DNA of 57,158 bases, the filler included, from Sluysia triapertura (taxonomy: Eukaryota), in the NCBI GenBank assembly GCA_046118255.1. It is 5 parts of 5 records of this genome, joined end to end, with 100 filler letters (N's around TTAATTAATTAA, not from the genome) between each part and the next. Parts side by side here need not be neighbours in the genome. Positions count along the whole stretch, not along the records: positions 10,869 to 22,611 come from JBJNIA010174475.1; 4 more parts are not named here. One strand, given 5' to 3'. How positions within the stretch are numbered: the first letter of the stretch is position 1; every line of letters begins with the position of its first letter. Under the pieces are notes generated by a model. The model worked only from the letters and a program-made list of their open reading frames with translations. It had not been told where the DNA came from and made no database searches. Of the stretch, positions 11,910 to 22,711 are shown piece after piece. Position numbers and translations under genes: made by a program.

Positions 11910-12398
11910 TTGCTACCCTGGCCTGGAAACTCTCAACGCATGAATCACATAGAAAATCTGTGGGAGATTGTCAAAAAGTGAGTTTCTACCCATCAACCAA
12001 CCACTAGGAGGGAACTTATTTAAACCCTGATAAAAGTATGGCATCATGATGACAAGATCAAAGACTTGTGCCCCATGCTCATCCATGACATACGCCTTTA
12101 AGGATCAGGAAATTATTGGATAAGAAAGGAGGGCAAACAAAATATATTGATACAACAGTTTGTACATATTTGATTTGTAGTAAATTGTGTTATCACAATT
12201 CTGTATGTTTTACTTTCAGCAGAATTTTTTGGAGAAAGTAGTTATTTTCCAACATTTTACATTATTTTCCGTGTCAACTATCGGTATTAAATGGCATGTA
12301 TTTATGCACTTTTGATTAATAGTTTCATAGTATCCTTGAAAAATGTTGAATTTATCACAAAAAGGGTCGTCTTTAGTCTAATAATTTGACCACCACTA
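11910..12398 (+). mobile_element. Tc1 transposon 3' half (decayed), with right TIR
   Basis: LPWPGNSQRMNHIENLWEIVKK...VWHHDDKIKDLC...KGGQTKY; ends TTTGACCACCACTA|TA, like a Tc1 CAGTG terminus; second copy at 37140. Confidence 0.85.
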
Positions 12399-13420
12399 TA
12401 GTAGTTTTAAAATCCTGTTAAAACAACTGAATTATTTGGGAATGTAAACATATCGGAGATTGATTTCCTTGGTATAGTAAATATTACGAGTTGAATAAAC
12501 TGCGCAATAAAAAAGACCCACTATGTTTAGTATCAGTGTTCGCGATAAAGTTTGAATAAAATGTTATAAGTAAGTAAACAGTTAAATCATGTATTGTGGA
12601 TAAATAATAATTTACCGACTGCGTAACAAGGTGTGGCATTTGAGATGAGAGCTCAGATAGTGACATCGTACATTTACGAATTTAAAAAGCCGTCAGAAAG
12701 TAAAAGTAGCGTGTATAGAATATAGAGTAATTAGCGAGAAAAAGCTGCAAATTAAACGGGAACACTTTGGGAACAATGTAAGATGATATCAAAAAAGTAG
12801 TAATGAAGCAATACATGAAACGCAAGATATCACAAATCGCAGAATATATATATTACAGAATAAAATTAGCAAGATTAAAGAAGAGATTGGCCATGCGAAG
12901 GTCAAATGTTGATATTTAAGTATGAAATGGCACAATAATATTAACTAGAAAAGACAGAATGGAATTAAAAAATTAATAGTAACAAAAAATACTATGCAAA
13001 GTAAAACTTTTTGCTATGTCCAAACTGAAAACTTTAGTACAAGTTGCAGAAGAAATTCTGATAACACTCGTAATTATTAAATAATTGTTTTGATTGTTAA
13101 TAACCTTAGTATGACAATTCTCAAAATTAAGCTTTTTTTGTCACTAAAGTAAGATTAAATATTTTCAGTAAAATATTGCCTATTTTTCAATAAAACAATT
13201 TATTGTTTAGATTTATTTGTTGATCACATATTGGTGTTTTCGTGATTTGATCAATAATACAACTTATAAGAAGCTACTTCTGCGATGTTTAAAGCTGGAT
13301 CTAAAACGAACCAATACACAGAAAAATAAATTATACACAAGTTGTTAAATAATTCTGATTGGTCGGAACAAAAAATAATGCATTTTCATTGGCCAAAAAA
13401 TAAAATCAAAAAAATCTTAC

Positions 13421-13598
13421 TTTAAACAAAGGTGATACTTGGTCGTATAAATTTCTGATGATTCTGTAGGATGGGGAATTGAAGGGGAAGTAGTATAATG
13501 AATTTAGAAACACTAATAACAAATCATATTCGAAATTTTGCGGACTTTCGTACTGATTATCGCGCAGTCTGTTTCGAATATCAATAGGATTTCGTATA
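13421..13598 (-). CDS. Bromodomain-containing exon (atypical, possibly pseudogenic)
   Basis: ttttag acceptor and gtaaga donor; IRNPIDIRNRLRDNQYESPQNFEYDLLLVFLNSLYYFP matches the bromodomain pattern I..PMD...I..RL....Y.S...F..D..LVF.N. Confidence 0.7.
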
Positions 13599-14381
13599 CT
13601 AAAACAATTAAATAAAACAATGATAATTATTATTATATTATTAAACAAAATATATGGTAAAATTAGTTAAATTTCATTAAATTTATACATGTGACATCAA
13701 TTTAAAGTTCCTTGTTGTTATATTTATTTGGAAAGAGCATATTCTAAGCACACAACAATGGTTATGAGATTAACCAATAAAACTCGACCCACATACCTTA
13801 CTGTAGCAAGACTTGGAAAAATCATCTAAATTATTAAGATCAGAAGGTTGTTATAAAGTGCATGTAAGTTCCATAACAATTATTCTATTTTTCAATTTAA
13901 CATTAGAGAAAGGTCATGTTTTTAATCATGATTTGGATAGCAGATCTAGAAACGAAAGTTAGATAGAAAAACGATAAAACGGCCCAAGAGATCAAAAATT
14001 CTAATTAAATTAAAATTATTTTATAGTTGATATTATAGTATCGAGTATTCCGAAAATTTGTGATTAATCCTAAATTGCGGCACGTTTCTAAAGCAGAAGT
14101 TATAACACAAAGCAATACTTATTATTAGCTTGATTTCATTCGTCTAGTATTTGTGTTTATCCATTTCAATCAAATTCAGAAGCGAAATTCCACATTTTCA
14201 AATACCAAATAATTGCAAATGAAACAATTAAATACAGTGACTTATCTACTCTCTATTTATAGTAATTAAAAATAAAAAGAATTTTTCATTGACGCAAAAA
14301 GAACATTTCAAAATAGCACTCATAAAATCAGCAGTTGGGTTTATCGAAACCTACATCTAGAAATAACAGTAGTAATATAAT

Positions 14382-14383
<2 letters not shown>

Positions 14384-14428
<45 letters not shown>
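14384..14428. repeat. (TAA)n microsatellite
   Basis: About 15 perfect units. Confidence 0.97.
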
Positions 14429-14431
<3 letters not shown>

Positions 14432-15792
14432 TCTTACAAAGACCTACAAGCATTATCAATCTTTAATTCTTAATTATTGATGAGTAAAAGATGTGTATTG
14501 TCAATAGCACTATAAATTTAAACTTAATTTAATTTAAACGTACAATCACAACAATAACAAAGAACAATTTATTTAGAAAAGTTTGAAACAATTATTGTTA
14601 TAAAATTTTACATTCTCAAATTAATCTCTCTCCATTTCGACGTAATCAATAAACAAACTACGAGTTCTATTTTTCTATTTGAATCACAAATATAACGATT
14701 TATTCTTGTATCGGAAAAATTAAACAGTTACATACATAAGTTTTGATATCCTTAAGTGACATCTAAAATAAATGAAAAATATTTAATAATGATTTCACGC
14801 ATTATTTTAAATAAACCCATAAACTCTCGTTTAAACTTTAATCACATCTACGATACTTTAATTTAGACATTTTTATCTCCCGTTTTGATCGTTCCTAAAT
14901 TTACGAGTTTTAGTAAGTTATTATATACTTATTGTGGTCGGATTTTCGTATTGTTAGTGCTATTAGAATATTATGAATATTAGAGACATTAATGTTTTTG
15001 AAATGTATAGGTTTGTGATTTTGAGTAGGTAGATAAAAGACGACCGAGTCTTGATAAATAGAAAGTACATAGATCAGATTTATTAAACTGATGTTTATAA
15101 TAACCGGATTACACCAATCTATTATTGTTATTGTTATTCAGATTTTAATGTATGAATTATTGTTGTTAACAAAATTTTATGGCATATATTGATGTTTATA
15201 TAACCTATATACAGACACCAGTTGATAAATATTATTAGATGTTGGAAGCAAATTAACGTATGTTTGAAGGTAATTAATGAAGGTAATGACTTTTCACTGT
15301 GAATTATTGCTTTAATCAATTCAATGGAATACATAACACACTTGTTAAATCTTGTTTTTCAAATGTTACGCAACAAGAATCCTCAAACTCAGAGTCTTAT
15401 CAATTCTGCTGTGGTTGAGAACTAAGGTTTCATTGTGATTTATATTGAAATTAGCATTCATTGATGAATTTATTAATTGAAACTTTATTAAAAGACTTTA
15501 AGTCTATCTCTAATAACATTATATAATTACCGAGACGCATGTAAAATATTCATTAATATTTACATTTTTAAATTAATCTCCCTCCAATAAAACGAAAAAC
15601 TAATAGACAAGACATTACATTGGTTTTCATTTGAGATGACAGGATCTATTGTTGTGATATATGTTGTTGTTTATGATCCACAACTTTTGAATTTAAATAA
15701 ATTTTTACTTATCAATTAAAATTCAAGCATTTATTGATTCTGTAAGAGCTTTTAATCTAAATTCCACGTCTTCTTCGTTATTAATTGCTACT

Positions 15793-16563
15793 TTATGTTT
15801 TAGACTTAAATATCACTAAGGTAAATTTTATAATTATGAAAAAATAGCAATGACAATGAGAACTTGTTGTACAATAATAATAATCTAACAAATAATTGTG
15901 TACTATTGATGATGAATCTTCTGCATATTGTAAGTGGCTGCCAATCAAAACAAGAGAAACAAACGACATTAATAATTTTGATTGGGCGGTCAACAAAATA
16001 TTCAGCAACATAGGAAGAACTTTCATCAGTCGACAGTTGATATTTGGAGCGTTAAGCTCCTGGCACCAATTTGGATGTTTGGATTCCAAATTAAGTGTTA
16101 ATTTTAAAAGTTTATATTCTGGAACGAAATATATTTTTAATTGTTTAATTTCGAGTAAATTATGCCAATTTATAAGTTTGTAAATTTTAAGTATTAGGTA
16201 CTTCCCTAAGTAATTCTTATTGCCAAAGGAATAAAAATAGTTCGTATCTTGTATGATGTTTATAGTTTGATTAAACCTTCGAAGTTTCAGTGTAGTATTT
16301 AAATTACGACTAGTCATCACAGTATTAAGTAGAAAAATCTGATGAATGGTGGAAGTAGCTACCATTAGTCTGATCAATATACATGTAATATGTGCCAGTG
16401 TTACAATAAATGTAGGTCTCAGCTTAAGATTATTGTTCAAGATTCTATATAACATTAATTTATGTCCCAAAATTATTTCTTTGTGGTAATTTTTATAAAA
16501 ATAAATTAATTTCATCTTAGGTACAACTAAATTTATATTTTCTTTGTTGTTAAAACAAATCAC
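15793..16563 (-). CDS. Long ORF of unknown function (may be the downstream part of the ARM-like gene)
   Basis: 256 stop-free codons in AT-rich DNA, no recognisable motif. Confidence 0.25.
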   Translation of the reverse strand: MICFNNKENINLVVPKMKLIYFYKNYHKEIILGHKLMLYRILNNNLKLRPTFIVTLAHITCILIRLMVATSTIHQIFLLNTVMTSRNLNTTLKLRRFNQTINIIQDTNYFYSFGNKNYLGKYLILKIYKLINWHNLLEIKQLKIYFVPEYKLLKLTLNLESKHPNWCQELNAPNINCRLMKVLPMLLNILLTAQSKLLMSFVSLVLIGSHLQYAEDSSSIVHNYLLDYYYCTTSSHCHCYFFIIIKFTLVIFKSKT

Positions 16564-16590
16564 ATAAAACTTAATAGAGACAATTTTATT

Positions 16591-17917
16591 TTATTTAATT
16601 TTGACAATTAAGTTTTGTATTGATTTGGAATTGTCCTTCACTGCACCTTGTTGCCTTCCGTTGATCCAAAATCTAAACATGTTATCTAAAATATAAATTG
16701 ATATAAATTTAACATCAAGTCTTACATGATAGGATAACGGGTTCCTAGAGAATTCTTTTGATTAGCACAATGTGATGAAAATTGTTTTGACAACGGGATC
16801 GAATGTAAACCACAAATGTAATCTGTGCATAAATCATCATCATCTACTTGGCTACGAATTTCCGAACTCAATATTCGTCGCGTACAGGATAACCAATTGT
16901 CATTAATCCTTCTAATAAATCTACGTAGATTCGTTGTAACCAAAAACATTTTAGTAATCTCATCAATAATTTCTGGTACAGTTGATCGATGACTATGTGG
17001 AAATGAAATTAATTTTGCAGCTCTTTCTATAGTAGAACGTTTTGGAGTAAATTTTTTCATCTCTAAAGCTGACAATCCACTTGATCTCTGGTTAACACTT
17101 TTCAATGAATTCTCCAATAATCGCAACAAATACATAAGACATGTTTGACCTGATAAAAGTAACGAACTTTCTGACTCAGTAACAACGTATGCGGCAAATA
17201 GAAGAACTGATAACTTAATTCTTTGTCGTTCACAATGAAGTAATGGTTTTATAACTACAAAAAAATTCTTTTCTAGTATTACAGCCAAATTATCTTCTTC
17301 TTCATATAGCAATAAATTGTATATCGTTGACAAAAAGTCTTTTAGCACATCCAAACGTTTCTGGTTTATTGTGCCATTCTTACAAACTGGCACATGAATT
17401 TATAGAAATTTATGACAAATTGTTAAAAAACGATTATTTTTACACAAAATTTGACCAACTCACCAGAAGCATCAGAATAATTTAATAAAAGGATAATGAA
17501 CTTTATAATACAACGAAAAAGATTATTTTCAATATTGCTCTTAGTATCTCTTTCCAACACGAAATTAATGTTGAGTATTAAGCAGTCTACAATTAAATCA
17601 ATTGCGGAATTTGTTTGTCGTAGTTTATCACGAAAAGTGAGTGGAACTTTGTAATTTTGAAATACATAATATTGATTGTAAACAATCCGTAAACTGTTAT
17701 GAAAGTCTCGGTTATTATAGTTTTCTAAGTCATCTTTAAATAGTTTTATATTATCTAAATGTTTAGTTATGATTTCAGAAGTTCGATCAATTTTCTGTCT
17801 AAAACATGTAGCTATATTCATTATATTAGTATTGTACACATAACTGACAGGTGCTGCTTTGTGAAAAGTAAGAACAGAAATTAATGAAGACGTATGCGGA
17901 ATTGTTCGAAGGTTCAT
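16591..17917 (-). CDS. ARM-like helical protein with a possible neuralized (NHR)-like tail; exon structure partly uncertain
   Basis: ORFs 17917-17423 and 17393-16722 with motifs LLNYSDASGEL and AAYVVTESE...LLRLLENSL...GLSALE. A gtaaga donor at 16725 spliced to the tttag acceptor at 16673 gives in-frame FWINGRQQGAV...stop. The join at ~17440-17390 needs a weak donor or a frameshift. Family assignment is from recalled similarity only. Confidence 0.5.
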
Positions 17918-18180
17918 TAAATGTACTGAAGGCGACCATGTGCATAATTTTAATAAGTAATAATAAATGGCATTTTTATAACTTGTGTCGTTAAGACTGC
18001 CTGGTTACTTTTTATTTATTTGTTATTATTTTCGTAAATGTTTACCATATTTCGGGTCAGAGGGAGGATTACATAATTTCATGTTGAGTTTTACTTATAT
18101 CCTATAAATTATTAACATAATTTGTAGACCCTGTAAAAAACAAATGATCAGAAGTAATCACATGTCTATTAATTATTACG

Positions 18181-18792
18181 TCATTCAGTACTATTCAATT
18201 CATTATTATTATTATGATTATGATTATTATTATTACTATTACTATTACTATTATAGCATGCAACATTCTTCTTATCCTTAGGAAATTCATATAACTTATC
18301 AAATTTAATTAAGTATGTAACATAATCAATATGCGGTATTTTTAGATTAATATATATTTGATAACATTCGTGCAAATCTAAAAATCGACCATAACCTTCT
18401 TCATCAGTAAATTCAACAACTGCTGCACCAGCTTCTTCAACGTTTTCGCGTATTTTTTCAAATTTATCATATTCTAATGATAATAATGATATACTTTCAT
18501 CGGGATTACGTTTATGATACTCTTTAATTTGTGCCAATTGAGAATAAAATTCTGTATATACATTTGGTGATGACATAGAAGTTATCTCTTTTTTACGTAT
18601 AGACAATTTGTCTTCATAGGCATCATTCAAGCATTTAGTAATATCCTGATAACGTGATAATAGAAAATATTTTGCATGCTCTGAATTTGTTTTTCCTTTG
18701 TGATTTCTTGGTTCAAACTGTAATTCTTTTGTAAAACATTCTATCACTCTCTCTCGTTCTTCATGATACTTTCTACATTCTTCAATACTCAT
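18181..18792 (-). CDS. SF3A3: Splicing factor 3A subunit 3 (PRP9/SF3a60), N-terminal ~180 aa only, truncated
   Basis: YHEERER, EFYSQLAQIKEYHKRNP, VEFTDEEGYGRFLDLHECY and IDYVTYLIKFDKLYEFPKDKKN, then an Asn-rich microsatellite and stop. Confidence 0.92.
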   Translation of the reverse strand: MSIEECRKYHEERERVIECFTKELQFEPRNHKGKTNSEHAKYFLLSRYQDITKCLNDAYEDKLSIRKKEITSMSSPNVYTEFYSQLAQIKEYHKRNPDESISLLSLEYDKFEKIRENVEEAGAAVVEFTDEEGYGRFLDLHECYQIYINLKIPHIDYVTYLIKFDKLYEFPKDKKNVACYNSNSNSNNNNHNHNNNNELNSTE

Positions 18793-19899
18793 TATATAAA
18801 TTAATTTTTTGAAAGTACAATGATAAAATATGAAACTGCTATCTTACATAATTCAATAGAAAAAACTATAGATTACAAAATATAGTTTATAACAATTTCA
18901 TAAACTTAATAGGCCCTTTTAAATATTGTACAATATAACATTTTAGAACAAAATATTTATGACAAAATTAAAACAATTATTTTAAAAACTTAAACTTATT
19001 ATTATTTCAAATTATAAGATAAATTTGATTTTTAATAATCAATAACTCAAAATGTTCCTTTATTAAATATTGTATCTTGTATAACTTTGGAACAAAATAT
19101 TTATGTAAAACTAAAAGAATTATTTCAAATTTCAAATATAATTTATACTCATTTAATAACTTAAAGCACTCATTTAATGTAAATGTAAAAAAATAAATTT
19201 TGTATGGACAAAATATAAATTGCTTGATATTTAAGTGATGTAAAATAATTTTAATTTTGATTATTAGTAAGAATTTTTAAAATATCAGTAAAATTTAAAT
19301 TTACTATTCGAATTTAAATGCTCTCGTGACAATCCAACTGTATAATTCGGAATTCATATCTACATTTCATTTATTTAACTATACTAAAATGATAGTTTCA
19401 TATTGACTAAAGTAATGATAATTATTCTGTAACAATCAATTATTATTAACGGTAATAAATTTTTGTATATATTTGTACTCTTTGGAAAGGAACTTTCTTC
19501 CTATCGAATAAATAAGCTCTTAGTTTTATGCAATATGCATTTTGCATCAACAAATTTAAGGTTATCTTTGCTAATTTATTAAAAATTACATATATACTAA
19601 TTCTATATTAGAGGTGTGTTACCCAACATAATTTAGTAAAATTTTACTCATTAATAAATAAGTAAATGATGTAATAAACATTATTTTTGTATTTATAATG
19701 GAAAATAAAATTTACTTGAACCTCAGTGAAATTATAATAATTATTTTGTATACTTTATTGTCAAATTGTAGAACGGGAGATGGGTAGAAATCATGGAATT
19801 ACAAACTATATGGATAGAAAGTGATCCATTTGATTATAGGCAGTTTATTTTCAATATTTAATTTTAAATTTTTTTTAAACCTTGTAAAAGAGAAAACAT

Positions 19900-20400
19900 A
19901 TAAAACAAGGTATAGGTGTAATTAGTAAGTTGCATTTTTTGCTTTATATTTCAAGATTTTGTTGTGAAGTTTAATGTTTTTATGTGGTGCTATGAGTCCC
20001 TCAAAATCTTAGTCTTACTTGTGAATTTGTTTAAAGTAGAATAAAGCAAAAGTTTAACGTGAGTTCACCAACGTAATGGGATTACGTAAATTCCTTGGAA
20101 TAGAATCTTAAAACAACGTTACATAATTGGATTTAAATTCCAATTGTTGAAAACATTTTCTACTGATTTTATAATTGCAACTATATAAATTGAACAATAA
20201 AACTCGAATTTAATAATTTATTACGAAACAATTATGAAGCAATAAAACGTATATTACAATGATATCAATTTACGTATTTTTAACTCAATAAGGGTTAAAA
20301 ATTAAAAAATCAAATAAGTTTATAAATGATTTTTCGTGAGAACTATTATAAGATCCAAATATTTAATGAAAAGATTTTAAGTGTGATTTTGCGTTGATAT
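19900..20400 (-). mobile_element. Decayed Penelope-like remnant (GIY-YIG)
   Basis: Minus strand reads CNVV..RF followed by HYVGE (YVGE at 20075-20064); shares gttcaccaacgta with 25967-25979; boundaries approximate. Confidence 0.4.
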
Positions 20401-21901
20401 CAACGCAATATCTTATTAATATTATCTTAATAATATTAATATCTTATTATTATTAATATCTTAACTTATAACAATTAATCGTGAAAAAGAATTTATTTGG
20501 AATTCAACAGTAAACTGGTTTCCGAATCTGTAGATCACGAATAAGAAAAATTATGTTAAGGAATTGTGCGTTATTTTACAAAATTCAAATCTATATATAG
20601 TTGTTTTTAATCTGACCTTCAGATTAAAACAAAACATTAAAGTTTCATTTATTAAAACAAAATATTAACATTTATTTATTAAGTTAGTTTAATATAATTT
20701 TTTAATTAACAATTAATATATAATTTCTTACTTTAATTCAAATATTTCCAAAAAATAAAAATCCAGATATGAAATTCAAATATAAATAAATATTCAAAAA
20801 CAAATAAAATTCAAATATTAAAGTTACAATATAATTCAGTTCATTTTTATCATTTTTATAAAAGTTACGCACTAAATACAAATTTCATAACGAGTTATGA
20901 CATACTTGCTTAAGTCTAAGTTGCAGGTAGCAATCAAGAATTTAATCGGAAGTTTAAAAAATACGAGTGTTTTTTAATTAAAATGACTTCTTTCTTGGCA
21001 AGGTAAATGGTAGTTTAGAATACTATATTTGATGTTAGGTGCTACTAATTATATTTAATATCAGCTAAGGCTAGTGATAATTTCAGATTCTGGTAAAATT
21101 TATAATAAAAAAATTAATAATTTTGAGTAATATATTGCAACCGTGTTGAAAAAACACTTCTTTTTCGATGATTTTAAGTATATTTTATAACCGAGTTAAA
21201 TCGGCGTGCCTTATTGTAAAATAATCAACAATATTTTAAAATAAATGTGTATCAAAACAAAATTAGAAACTGTATAACAGTGGCATTTATAACACTGATA
21301 ATATAATAAAAAGAAAATTTTAGATTAGTATATAATCTTAGTGGTTTATTTTAAATTTTACGACTCTGAAAATTAAAAAGAGTTAATATATTTTAGATTT
21401 ATTTTTTTTATAAATACTCTTACCTTGGGTTTTCTTTTCCTTTTTTGTGGTAAATAATATTATTTTTCTTTTCCTCCTTTAATATATTAATAAAATACTT
21501 TGAATTTTCTTATACGACAATAACCACAATTTCTTCTTCTTATATGAATGTTTGTATATCTTCCCACCTTTGCTTTTATGTAATCAATTGTTAAATTTTT
21601 CTAATATAGCCCTCCGTTTCTTTTATATCTTTAGTTAAATATAACTGTGTTCTTTGCATACTTATAATCAAATAATAGTTTGATTTCTTTTTTCTCTGTG
21701 AATATGTACCTATTTTCGTGAATGTTATATATTTTTCCTTTTCTACATAATGAATTGTTCTGTAGTCATCACGACCTTCTAAAATCATTCAAAATGCATT
21801 AAAATTATTTATAAATTTCTAAAAACACTTAAAAAATGGTAATTTTCTAAAAAAAAGAAAATTAGTTTCCAAAAAAGAAAATTTGCTTCTATAAATATAA
21901 T

Positions 21902-21931
21902 AGAAGCTTCTAGAATGTTCTAGAACATTCC
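21902..21931. promoter_or_regulatory. Perfect six-unit heat-shock element (HSF site)
   Basis: aGAAgcTTCtaGAAtgTTCtaGAAcaTTCc is six alternating nGAAn pentamers. Flanked by CCAAT (minus, 21947-21943), two CGCCATTTT YY1-type motifs (21976, 22031) and a TATA-like run (21889-21900). Confidence 0.7.
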
Positions 21932-22537
21932 ATCAATTTTCATTGGCTGATGACTAGCATAAGTTTAATGAATATCGCCATTTTACAATTTGCAGTCATC
22001 TTACAATATTCAGATATTTTAGTTAGTCAGCGCCATTTTACAGTTTTAAATCTACTCAGTGCAACATCAATTCAATTAAGAGCCGGATCGTGATTTTTTT
22101 TAATTTCCATGAAAGGGTAAATTATTTTATTTAAAGGAGATTTTGACTTTCATATAAACCAAAATCATAAAATCCATGTAAAATTAAAATTAAGTATTAT
22201 TATTGTATGATATATTGAGGGAAAACATAAAACAAATCAAAGATCAAAAAAGGATTTTGATTTTAAAGTTTGATTTTAAAGGATTTTGATCTAAAGTTTT
22301 TTAATTCCTATTGTTCTTCGTGTATAATAACTTGAATTTTGTTAATTTTTATATATAATTAATAAAATTGAAGTAATTAATTTTTACTCATTGTGATATT
22401 TTAAGTTTAAGACCCTCCAAACGTGTTAAACGTAATATTTTTAAGTAAGATTCTCAACTTATTAGTTACAGACGCCAAATACTAGTTGTAAGACGTTTAC
22501 TGTAACTGGACCCTGCTAATTTTTTATTTTGCCGTAG

Positions 22538-22611
22538 TGTTGGGGTAAAAGGCCTAAAAAGTGCCAAGTAGTATAATTGAATATATTGAAAATGAAATTG
22601 TTAGACGGGGC
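22538..22611 (+). repeat. Dispersed repeat leader plus the first bases of the tRNA-like unit, copy 2 (cut by contig end)
   Basis: TGTTGGGGTAAAAGGCCTAAAAAGTGCCA...AAATTGTTAGACGGGGC followed by the N linker. Confidence 0.85.
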
Positions 22612-22711
22612 NNNNNNNNNNNNNNNNNNNNNNNNNNNNNNNNNNNNNNNNNNNNTTAATTAATTAANNNNNNNNNNNNNNNNNNNNNNNNNNNNNNNNN
22701 NNNNNNNNNNN
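22612..22711. other. Artificial contig linker
   Basis: 44 N + TTAATTAATTAA + 44 N. Confidence 0.99.

Noticed and set aside
21420-21600. Stop-codon reassignment (in-frame TAA in several degenerate frames)
   Set aside because: Conserved genes (SLC5, ATP13A1, SF3A3, RMI2, GPCR) show no internal stops; the interrupted frames also carry frameshifts, consistent with decay
21947-21975. CTGATGA as a hammerhead core
   Set aside because: No stem II followed by GAAA
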